From: Planctomycetota bacterium
Lineage (GTDB): Bacteria; Planctomycetota; UBA1135; UBA2386
Length of the DNA: 64,000 bases
NCBI GenBank assembly: GCA_965228735.1
Contig: OZ245838.1
Coordinates: 3,395,997-3,459,996 of the forward strand
Direction: 5' to 3'
Within the stretch, counting starts at the first letter, position 1. Each line of letters starts with the position of its first letter. This document shows positions 9,724 to 18,398 of this stretch, one piece after another. The position numbers were made by a program, and so were the translations under genes. The notes beneath the pieces were generated by a model. The model searched no databases and was not told the origin of the DNA. It worked only from the letters and a program-made list of their open reading frames with translations.

Positions 9724-12700
9724 TCAGCGCCGCGTGCGGCGGCGGCGGCGCGCCGGGCGTTCGCCCTCGTCGCCGAGCAGGCTGTCGATCGACTCGAGCT
9801 CGCCGACCCCTTCGCCGCTGTCGGCGAACGGGCGCGGCGCCTCGTCCTCGTCGAAGTCGGCCATCGGCATCTCACGCTCGGCGCCGCCGCGGCTGCGGCG
9901 GCCGCGCGGCCGATCGTCGCCCTCGTCGTCACGCCGGCTGCGGCCACGGCCGCCACTGCGGCCCCGACGACCGTCGCGCGCGGCGTCGTCGTCGTCATCG
10001 CGACGCGGCGCGCGGCGCGGCTCGTCGTCGTCGTCGCGGCGCGGGCTGCGGCGGGCACCGCGGCCACGGCCGCGATCCGCATCGTCGCGACCCCGCGGCT
10101 CCTCGTCGGCATCGTCGCGGCCGCCGCGGCGCGGCCGGCGCGTCGGCCGGTCCTCGAAGTCGTCCTGGCCGTCGTCGCGGCCACGGCCACGATCGCGGTC
10201 GCGGTCGCTCCGACCACCACGCCCGCGCGGCGCCTCGTCCGCGAAGTCGTCCTCGGCGTCCCGACCGCCCCGACTGCGGCCGCCGCGGCCGCGGCCACGA
10301 TCCTCGCGGTCGTCGCGCTCCTCGCGCTCCTCACGACCACGAAGCGGGCGCCGGCCCTCGGGCCGATCGTCCCGGTCCTCGCGGTCGTCGCGGTCCCGGC
10401 CGCGCCCGCGGCCACGATCGCCACGACCACGCGGCCGCTCCTCGGCGTCCCCGCTCTCCTCGTAGCGCTCGTCACGGCGACCCGGACGTCCGCGCGCGGA
10501 CCGATCGTCCTCGCCCGCGTCGTCCGCCGGCCGGTGGCCACGACGCGGCCGATCCTCGAACGAATCGCGGTCAACGCGGCCACGGCCACCGCGATCCCGG
10601 TCACCGCGGTCGCGATCGCCCCGATCCCGGTCACCCCGATCCCGGTCGCCCCGCTCACCACGACGACCGCGGTCCCCGCGATCCTCGCGATCACCGCGCT
10701 CCCGCCGCCCGCGCGGCCGGTCGTCGCCGTCACCATCCGGCGCGGCGTCCGCACCTTCGAGCAGCGCCTTGCGGCTGAGCTTGACCTTGCCGAAGTCGTC
10801 GATCGCGATGACCTTGACCTTGACCTTGTCACCGATGCGCACGACGTCCGTGACGGCCTTGATGAACTCGTTGCTGAGCTCGGAGACGTGCACGAGGCCT
10901 TCCTGACCCGGCAGGATCTCGACGAACGCGCCGAACTCCTTGATCGCCGTGACCGTGCCCTCGTAGACCGTGCCGAGTTCGACCTCGGCCGTCATCTGCG
11001 AGATGTACTCGACGCACTGATCGACCTTCTCGCCGACGACGCCCGTGACCGTGCACAGGCCGCTGTCCTCGATCGAGATCTTGCACTCGTAGGTCTCCTG
11101 CAGCATCCGGATGTTCTTGCCACCCGGGCCGATGATCGTGCCGATCTTGTCGGCCGGCACCTGCACGGAGACGAGTCGCGGCGCGTTCGAGCTCAGCTTC
11201 TCCCGCGGCTGCTTCAGCACCTTGAGCATCTCGCGCAGGATGTGCACGCGGCCGACGCGGGCCTGCTCGAGCGCTTCGGCGAGGATCTCACGCGTGAGGC
11301 CCTCGCACTTGATGTCCATCTGCAGCGCGGTGATGCCGCGGCCGGTGCCGACGACCTTGAAGTCCATGTCGCCGCACGCGTCCTCGCTGCCGAGGATGTC
11401 GGACAGGATCGCGTAGTCCTTGCCCTCCATGACCAGGCCCATCGCGATGCCGGCGACCGGCTGCTTGATCGGCACACCGGCGTCCATCATCGCGAGCGTG
11501 CCGGCACACGCGGTCGCCATCGACGAACTGCCGTTCGACTCGAGCACCTCGCTCGTCACGCGGATCGTGTAGGGGAACTCCTCCAGCGCCGGCAGCACCG
11601 GCTCGAGACCGCGCTCGGCGAGCGCGCCGTGACCGATCTCGCGGCGACCCGGCGCGAGCATGCGCTTGGTCTCGCCCACGGAGAACGGCGGGAACGCGTA
11701 GTGCAGCAGGAAGCGCTTGCGCGGCTCCGGCATCAGCCCGTCGATGATCTGCTGATCGTCCGTGCCGCCGAGCGTGACGACACCGAGCGCCTGCGTCTCA
11801 CCGCGCGTGAACAGCGTCGAGCCGTGCGTGCGCGGCAGCACCCCGACCTCGATCGTGATCGGACGGATCGTCTTCGGGTCGCGACCGTCGGCGCGCGTCG
11901 CGTTGTCGAGGATCGAGTCGCGCTCGGCCTGCTTGACCAGCTTGCCGATGATCTCGGAGACCGCCTTGTCGTGCGCCTTCTGCTCGGCCTCGCTGAGCTT
12001 GCTGTCCGCGGGGAACGCGGCCTTGGCCTCGTCCTTCGCGGCCTTGATCGCGGCCTGGCGCACCTGCTTCGGGCCCTCGGTCACCGGGGCCGCGCGCAGC
12101 GCCTTGCCGCACTTCTTCTCGATCGCCTTCTGGAGCTTGGTGTCGACCGTCGGCACCGTGTACTCCATCTCGGGCTTGCCGGCCTGCTCGACGAGCTCCT
12201 CGATCATGTCGACGATCTCGCGGATGACCCCGTGCGCGAGCTCGAGCGCGTCGAGCACCTCGGCCTCGCTGACCTCGTTCGCGCCGGCCTCGACCATCGC
12301 GATCGCGTCCTCGTGACCGGCGACCGTCAGGTTGAGCTTGTTGCCCTCGTCGTGCAGCTGCGTCCACGTCGGGTTGACGATCAGCTCGTCCCCGATCATG
12401 CCGATGCGCACCATGCCGAGCGTGCGGCCGTGCGGCAGCGAGCTCAGCGCGAGCGCGGCGAACGACGCGACGCCGGCGAGCACGTCACCGTCGTTCTCGC
12501 GGTCCGACGAGATCACCTGCGACAGCACCTGCACGTCGCGCTTGAAGCCGTCCGGGAACATCGGGCGGATCGAGCGGTCGATGATGCGGCACGCGAGGAT
12601 CTCCTTCGTCGTCGGCCGGCCTTCACGCTTGAAGAAGCCGCCGGGGATCATGCCCGCGGCCGCGGTCTTCTCGCGGTAGTCGACGGTCAGCGGGAAGAAG

Positions 12701-13017
12701 TCGAAGCCGTCGGGGGCCTTGTTGCTGTTGACCGCGGCGAGCACCATCGTGTCGCCGTAGCGCGCGACGACGGCGCCGTCGCTGAGCTTCATCATGCGGC
12801 CGGTCTCGAGCCGCAGCGTGCGGCCCGCGATCTCGCGCTCGACGACGACCATGTCGGGGTAGAGGTCCGACGCGGCGCTGACGCTCTTCGTCTTCTTGGT
12901 CGCTTTCTTGGTGGCCTTCTTCGTGGCCTTCTTGGCGCCGGCGGCCTTCTTCGTGGCCTTCTTGCGCGGCGCGCGGGTGGAGGTGGAGGAGGATGCAGCC
13001 TTCTTCTTGGTTGCCAT
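9724..13017 (-). CDS. pnp: Polynucleotide phosphorylase with atypical Lys-rich N-terminal and ~400-aa Arg/Asp/Gly-rich C-terminal extensions
   Basis: Canonical PNPase core: two RNase PH domains, KH (GPGGKNIRMLQETYECKISIEDSG) and S1 (VYEGTVTAIKEFGAFVEILPGQEGLVHVSELS). Core ends ~KVKLSRK and is followed by an RD/RG/RGG-rich tail. Upstream in-frame (KKAT)n segment starts from ATG 13017. Immediately downstream of rpsO. Confidence 0.9.
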   Translation of the reverse strand: MATKKKAASSSTSTRAPRKKATKKAAGAKKATKKATKKATKKTKSVSAASDLYPDMVVVEREIAGRTLRLETGRMMKLSDGAVVARYGDTMVLAAVNSNKAPDGFDFFPLTVDYREKTAAAGMIPGGFFKREGRPTTKEILACRIIDRSIRPMFPDGFKRDVQVLSQVISSDRENDGDVLAGVASFAALALSSLPHGRTLGMVRIGMIGDELIVNPTWTQLHDEGNKLNLTVAGHEDAIAMVEAGANEVSEAEVLDALELAHGVIREIVDMIEELVEQAGKPEMEYTVPTVDTKLQKAIEKKCGKALRAAPVTEGPKQVRQAAIKAAKDEAKAAFPADSKLSEAEQKAHDKAVSEIIGKLVKQAERDSILDNATRADGRDPKTIRPITIEVGVLPRTHGSTLFTRGETQALGVVTLGGTDDQQIIDGLMPEPRKRFLLHYAFPPFSVGETKRMLAPGRREIGHGALAERGLEPVLPALEEFPYTIRVTSEVLESNGSSSMATACAGTLAMMDAGVPIKQPVAGIAMGLVMEGKDYAILSDILGSEDACGDMDFKVVGTGRGITALQMDIKCEGLTREILAEALEQARVGRVHILREMLKVLKQPREKLSSNAPRLVSVQVPADKIGTIIGPGGKNIRMLQETYECKISIEDSGLCTVTGVVGEKVDQCVEYISQMTAEVELGTVYEGTVTAIKEFGAFVEILPGQEGLVHVSELSNEFIKAVTDVVRIGDKVKVKVIAIDDFGKVKLSRKALLEGADAAPDGDGDDRPRGRRERGDREDRGDRGRRGERGDRDRGDRDRGDRDRGDRDRGGRGRVDRDSFEDRPRRGHRPADDAGEDDRSARGRPGRRDERYEESGDAEERPRGRGDRGRGRGRDRDDREDRDDRPEGRRPLRGREEREERDDREDRGRGRGGRSRGGRDAEDDFADEAPRGRGGRSDRDRDRGRGRDDGQDDFEDRPTRRPRRGGRDDADEEPRGRDDADRGRGRGARRSPRRDDDDEPRRAPRRDDDDDAARDGRRGRSGGRGRSRRDDEGDDRPRGRRSRGGAEREMPMADFDEDEAPRPFADSGEGVGELESIDSLLGDEGERPARRRRRTRR

Positions 13018-13325
13018 GTGATTCTTGGTTTCGCTTCGTGTCGTGCGCTGCATCGCGGCCGCCCCTACTTGGGGCCCGAGCCCAGGTGCAATCACCTGCG
13101 TGTGCGAGCAGTGCGGCGGAGCGCGGCCCGGACGGGCGCGGTGGACTCCGCAGAGCGGCGGGTGCGCGTTCGCGCGGCACCGGCCAATCAGTAAATGCCC
13201 GATCGGACTCGCCCCCTGGAGGGGTCGCCGGTCGAGATGAGCGGCCGCGCGTCCTTGCGCATAGCCGCGGGTTGGTTCAGGTAAGTCTCCGAGACGGTTG
13301 GTTGGACCCGCCTGCGGAAGGCCCC

Positions 13326-13601
13326 CTACTTGCGGAGGCCGAGCTTCGCAGCGAGTTCGGTATAACGAGGCAGGTCCTTGCGGCGCAGGTAAGCGCTGAG
13401 CTTGTTGCGACGGTTGACCTTCTTCAGCAGACCGTGCCGGCTGTGGTAGTCCTTCGGGTGACGCTTCATGTGGGCGGTGAGTTCTTTGATCTCGGCCGTC
13501 AGGAGCGCGATCTGGACGTCGGCAGACCCACTGTCTTTGTCGTGGCGCCGGTTGTCTTCGATGATCTGGGACTTGAGGTTGGCTTCGCCGGTATCGGTCA
13601 T
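13326..13601 (-). CDS. rpsO: 30S ribosomal protein S15
   Basis: 91-aa product [91 protein letters not shown] matches the S15 family throughout. Classic rpsO-pnp arrangement. Confidence 0.95.
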   Translation of the reverse strand: MTDTGEANLKSQIIEDNRRHDKDSGSADVQIALLTAEIKELTAHMKRHPKDYHSRHGLLKKVNRRNKLSAYLRRKDLPRYTELAAKLGLRK

Positions 13602-13891
13602 CCCTGCTACTTCCGTTTGTGTTTCAGAACCAGCGGGCCAGAACAGGGGTTTCCGGCGGCGCGGTCGGTCCGCCGCACGCTGCGGTCGGACGGTGATGGT
13701 TAGGTTGTCTGGCCCCGGACTCGGGGCGCCCCGGACTTCGGGACGCGAGCAGGATAGCGTTGCCCCGCCGCCAGACAACCGTCTTGCGGCCGCCATTTCG
13801 GCAGCCGGCGCCCGGTCGCGCTCTCGGCCGCAGTTCAGCGGCACGCGGCGACAACGAGCCTGAATCCGGCTTGACCGGATTCGGGGCCGCC

Positions 13892-14551
13892 CTACGGCAG
13901 CCGGTTCGGCTTCGGCAGGTGCGCCATGAGCTCGACGATGGCGAGCTCCGCGCAGCTGCGGGCCATGTAGTCCTGGTCCCGCGGCGCCGCCCCGGCACCA
14001 CCCGCCTTGATCTCGCCGCTCAGCGTCCCGTACCACAGCTGCGCCCCGGTTCGATCGACGAGCGCCGCCTGCAGCTGGAAGTAGACGCGGCGGTTGATCA
14101 GCAGCTTGGACTCGTCCCAGCGATCGATCCGGACCGCCAGCGAACTCTCCTCACCCGTCGCGGCGGCCGCCTGCTGCAGCCAGGTCGGGTCGAGCACCGA
14201 ACTCGTCGCGTTCGCCGCGCTGGCCACCGCCGAGCTGCCGCGCAGCGCCGCGTCGACCTTCTGGCGGTGAATCGGCGCATAGTTGCGCAGCACGAGCTGA
14301 CGTTCGAGCTCCTGACGCAGGAACGTCAGGTGCCGTCCGACGGCCTGGTTGTCGGTGCCGTCCTCGACGGGCAGCACCGCGACCTGCGTCGGCGCCTTCA
14401 CCGCGAGCGCGGGCGCGCTCGTGAACGAGGGATAGACCGAGATCGGCTCGGCGGTGCGGCAGCCCGCGGGGACCACCGAGACCGCGATCCACAGGAACAA
14501 CAGCGCGGCTGCAGCAGCGGCCCGCCTGACGACGCTTCTCTGGTTGACCAT
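13892..14551 (-). CDS. Hypothetical lipoprotein
   Basis: Start at [10 protein letters not shown]...; signal peptide with lipobox (VVPAGC). The longer upstream ORF extension is Arg-rich and implausible. Confidence 0.4.
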   Translation of the reverse strand: MVNQRSVVRRAAAAAALLFLWIAVSVVPAGCRTAEPISVYPSFTSAPALAVKAPTQVAVLPVEDGTDNQAVGRHLTFLRQELERQLVLRNYAPIHRQKVDAALRGSSAVASAANATSSVLDPTWLQQAAAATGEESSLAVRIDRWDESKLLINRRVYFQLQAALVDRTGAQLWYGTLSGEIKAGGAGAAPRDQDYMARSCAELAIVELMAHLPKPNRLP

Positions 14552-14887
14552 TGACCGTTCCTCTCGCGAACGCCGACTGACCGGACGGCGGCTCGCGCTG
14601 GCAGCGATTCCGGTGCGACCATAACCAGCCGATTCGCCGGATTCCACCCACGCTCCCCGGATCCCAGCACCGAACGGAGCTCTGCACGAACCGATCACTG
14701 CTCCGAAATGATCTGCGCACGGAGCTGATGTCTTGCGTGTGGTCGAACACTCGCAACTCGTTGTCTGCACCGCGATCCCGAAAAATGCGTCCGTCTCGAC
14801 TGCAGCCCCGTCGCTGCGAGCGCGCGACCCACCGGCGCTACGGCGCGGCGCGAACCGGCGAATCCACACGCATGACATCAGTAGCGG

Positions 14888-17077
14888 TCAGCGGGGCAGG
14901 ACGGCCCACCACTCCGAGTCCGCCCAGGTCGACGGCCCGTTCGGCGCGACGGCCTGCAGGATCTGATTGCAGCGCGCGACGAGCGCCGGGTCCTGACCCG
15001 TGAACACCTCGCGACAGATCAGCACGGCCGGGATCGACCACGGCCAGTAGGTCGGGTTGACGTGCACGTCGGGACTGCCGACCTGATAGCTGCTCGCCGG
15101 CAACGCGTCGCCCTCGCGGTCGCCGAAGCGATACCGCACCGCGGCGCAGAGATGCCACTGCCCGCCCTGCTGGAAGATGCCGTGCCGCGCCACGAGCCGC
15201 GACGCCTCGCGCGCCAGGTCGAGGAAACCCTGCTCCCCGGTGGTGCGCCACGCGGCGAAGAAGCCCATCGCCGCGATGCTGTGCTCCCAGACGATGATCG
15301 CGGGCACGCGCTCCTGCGTGCCTGGCTCGAAGAACGCGTTGTCCGAGCCGATCTTGAGCGCGCGCAGCGGCTTGGCCGGATTGCCGACGAACGGGGCGCC
15401 GAGCCAGTTGGCCTGGATCGTCTGCAGCCGGTCGCGCATCACCTGCCGGAGGTCGGCGCGCTTCTGCGGATCGTCCGAGAGCAGCACCATGTTGGCGAGC
15501 GCCATGAGCAGCCGCCCCTCGCCGCGCGGCTGGTCCATCCAGCCCGGCACCATCGCGAGATCGACCTCGGTGAGATCGCGCAGCTGATCCCGCAGGCCGT
15601 AGCGGCCGGTCAGCGCGAGCAGCGCGTTGAAGTTGTTCTGCGAGCGGTGCTGATCGTCGTAGGTCGACCAGCCGTTGGTCGGCGTACCGAACGGTCGCGG
15701 GCACGGCAGCCCGAGCGTGTCGCCCGTCGTGTTGCAATGCGGCAGCTGCGAGAAGCAGCGCAGGGTCGGGTGGTTGCGGAACCACATCGGCGCGCCGCTG
15801 ATCTCGCGGTAGTGGAAGCCGCGGAACGCCAGCTCGGCCACCGAGTAGGTGGCGTCGTGGATCCAGCGCGAGTCCCCCACCGTGACCGCGAACGCGCCCT
15901 TGCACGCCCCGAAGTCCTCCTGCGCCCCCGTGCTGCCGGCGAACATGTGCAGACCACGGGGTCGGTCCGCGAACAGATCGGCCGGCTGCTGCAACAACCC
16001 GAGGAACCAGGCCCACTGCTTGTTCGCATCGGCCCAACCGTTCGTCGGCTGCGCCGGGCCCGGCACCTCGGGCGTCCGGCCGAACGCGAGCCACTTGTCC
16101 TGCCAGTCGAGCCACGCCCCGGTGCTCGGCGCCTCGCCGCGGGCGTAGAGCGCGTTCACCCGGTCCGCGACGCTCCACTGCAGGCCGAGGCCGAGGGTGC
16201 CGTAGAACGACGGCGCCGGCGTGCGGCCGGGGCCGATGAACCCCTGCATCGCGCCCGTGAGGTAGATGCCTTCCCCGCGCCGGACGACGTCCGCACCGCG
16301 GATCAGCTGCACCCAGTTGCCGTAGCTCGCATGCTGCGGCGCGAAGTTCTGGAACTCGGGGGCCGGCAGGTTGAAGCGGCGACGGAAGTCGAGGTCGAAG
16401 TACTCGCCGCTCTCGAGCCAGATCCCCACGAACCCGTAGTTCATCGTCGGCAGACGCGGGTCGGCGCACGTCAGCGTGCACTCGATCTCCGCCGAGTCCT
16501 GCATCGAGTAGACGTAGATGTAGGCGTCGAAGACGAACGGCGAATCGCCGACGCGACCCCACAGATGGAACACGCGACGTGCCGGCGAGACATCTTCCAC
16601 GACGTCGAAGCGCGGCTGCGTGAGCCGGTGCTCCCGGCCGTCGGTGTCGAGCACGACCGGCATCGGCAACATCGCCGAGGTGTCGTCGGCGACCCAGTCG
16701 CTCATCTGCCACGGGGGCAGATCGAGAGCGTTGTTGGAAACGGGCGTGAGCGTCCCGGTCACGCGCTGTCGCGCTCCGAGCTGCGCCAACACGTGATAGA
16801 GCACCGAGTGCTCGCCGACGGCGCTGCCACGCAACGCCAGCCAGCCGTGCGGATCGACGCGACAGATTCGCGGCAGGTTCGCGGCGTCGACCGCCGGCAC
16901 GGCGACGTCGACCCAGTGTTTGCGCGGCAGATCGGCGAGGTTGTGCAGCGTCAGGTCCTGCGCGCCGAGCGCAGCACCGCCGACACCGCAAGAACCCACC
17001 GCGCACCACAGGGCTGCGACCCGCACCGCGAGAACGAACGCGAGAACTCGCGAGGCAAGAGAGCAGACAAGATGCAT
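14888..17077 (-). CDS. Large secreted hypothetical protein (~729 aa)
   Basis: Signal peptide from MHLVCSLASRVLAFVLAVRVAALWCAVGSCG. Protein-like W/Y/F/N/Q-rich composition, unlike the two overlapping Arg-rich alternative frames. No recognisable catalytic motif. Confidence 0.5.
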   Translation of the reverse strand: MHLVCSLASRVLAFVLAVRVAALWCAVGSCGVGGAALGAQDLTLHNLADLPRKHWVDVAVPAVDAANLPRICRVDPHGWLALRGSAVGEHSVLYHVLAQLGARQRVTGTLTPVSNNALDLPPWQMSDWVADDTSAMLPMPVVLDTDGREHRLTQPRFDVVEDVSPARRVFHLWGRVGDSPFVFDAYIYVYSMQDSAEIECTLTCADPRLPTMNYGFVGIWLESGEYFDLDFRRRFNLPAPEFQNFAPQHASYGNWVQLIRGADVVRRGEGIYLTGAMQGFIGPGRTPAPSFYGTLGLGLQWSVADRVNALYARGEAPSTGAWLDWQDKWLAFGRTPEVPGPAQPTNGWADANKQWAWFLGLLQQPADLFADRPRGLHMFAGSTGAQEDFGACKGAFAVTVGDSRWIHDATYSVAELAFRGFHYREISGAPMWFRNHPTLRCFSQLPHCNTTGDTLGLPCPRPFGTPTNGWSTYDDQHRSQNNFNALLALTGRYGLRDQLRDLTEVDLAMVPGWMDQPRGEGRLLMALANMVLLSDDPQKRADLRQVMRDRLQTIQANWLGAPFVGNPAKPLRALKIGSDNAFFEPGTQERVPAIIVWEHSIAAMGFFAAWRTTGEQGFLDLAREASRLVARHGIFQQGGQWHLCAAVRYRFGDREGDALPASSYQVGSPDVHVNPTYWPWSIPAVLICREVFTGQDPALVARCNQILQAVAPNGPSTWADSEWWAVLPR

Positions 17078-17357
17078 GGCCGAATCGGCCGCCCTACGCA
17101 CCCGAACTGCCCATGGGGTCGAAGAATCCGCAGCAATTCTCGGTGGCTTCGCGAACGTCCTCCACACGTCCGATTCTCGACGCCGCAAACGACGGAGCGC
17201 CGTCGCGCGCGGTCGCGTCACGAACACTGACGACCGCAACGAACGTTACGCGCGATGGCAAGGGCGCGTCGGCAACGTGAGACCGCGTGCTAAGGCCACC
17301 GTCGATTCGTGCCGATTGTGCGGATGCCGTCGCCTCGCCATCGCGACGCCGTAGTTC

Positions 17358-18398
17358 ATGCACGCCATCCGTCTTCTCGCGCTCGCGTTCGTTGCCGTTG
17401 TCGCGACGGCGCTCGCACGCGCGCAGAGCGACGAGCGGATCCGGCCGGTCGCCGAACTCGTGTTCACCGCGTTCCCCGCCGCGGACACCGTGCGCCACAT
17501 CGTGCGCGACGTCGACGAAGCCGCGCGCCGGCAGATCGAGGCGCGTCTGCCGTTCCAGATCCACTTCGAGGACCTCGGCGAACACCGACTGCACGTCGCG
17601 TTCCGCGGCCAGAAGCCCGTCGGCATGATGTTCGTGCGTTCCGAGCAGACGAACTGGGGCATCGCCGACATCGGCTGGGCGATGACGCTCGAGGGCCGCA
17701 TCGTCGGCTTCGCGTTCACCAACGAACGCAGTCAGGAGGCCCGCGAACTGCCGCGCTCGGTGTTCGCCCGCCAGCTCGTCGGCCTCGACTTTCGTGGCTT
17801 GCACGCGCTCGCGGCGCCGCCGGCGACGGCCACCACGCCCGCCACCCCCGCGGGCGAGTCGCGGCCGGTGCGACCGAAGAGCCCGATGTCGCCGACCCAC
17901 CGGATGATCTTGCGGTCGGCGATGAAGGCGACGCTCGTGACCGAACTCGTGTGGCAGGACCAGATCATCGCGCTCGCCGACCTGCAGATGCTGCTCGACG
18001 AACTGCCGGGCAGTCGGCGCGGTCGCCGCGCCGTGCTCCCGGTCACGGGCGAGGCCGTCGCGCGCAGCCTGCGAAGCGGCCGCGTCGTCGAAGCCCGGGG
18101 GCAAAAGGGTACGGCGGTCGGCCAGGTGGCGCGCACCCTCGCGCACGTGCGGTTCGCGACCGGACCGCGCGACGTCGAGCTGATCTGGACGATCGACCCG
18201 ACCGGTCGCGTGCTGCGCGTGCGGCCGGTCGCGTCGTGGGCGAAGGACGACCTGCGCCGCGCGTGCGCCGGGCTGCGCGGCAGGCAGCTCGAAGCGCCGC
18301 TCATGACGGACAATCCGCTCACGCAGGTCGCGCGCGAACTCGCCATCGCGCTGCGCACGGCGCTGCCGTCGCGGCTACCAGCGGGGCTCCCGCGTTGA
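17358..18398 (+). CDS. Secreted/periplasmic protein of unknown function (putative sensor partner of the downstream kinase)
   Basis: Signal peptide (MHAIRLLALAFVAVVATALARAQS). Its TGA overlaps a TTG in the kinase frame, so it may be translationally coupled to the hybrid HK. Confidence 0.5.
   Translation: MHAIRLLALAFVAVVATALARAQSDERIRPVAELVFTAFPAADTVRHIVRDVDEAARRQIEARLPFQIHFEDLGEHRLHVAFRGQKPVGMMFVRSEQTNWGIADIGWAMTLEGRIVGFAFTNERSQEARELPRSVFARQLVGLDFRGLHALAAPPATATTPATPAGESRPVRPKSPMSPTHRMILRSAMKATLVTELVWQDQIIALADLQMLLDELPGSRRGRRAVLPVTGEAVARSLRSGRVVEARGQKGTAVGQVARTLAHVRFATGPRDVELIWTIDPTGRVLRVRPVASWAKDDLRRACAGLRGRQLEAPLMTDNPLTQVARELAIALRTALPSRLPAGLPR

Noticed and set aside
14838-17230. Alternative 723-aa (-) and 722-aa (+) ORFs overlapping the 14888-17077 gene
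   Set aside because: Both are Arg-rich low-complexity. The 14888-17077 frame alone has a signal peptide and protein-like composition.
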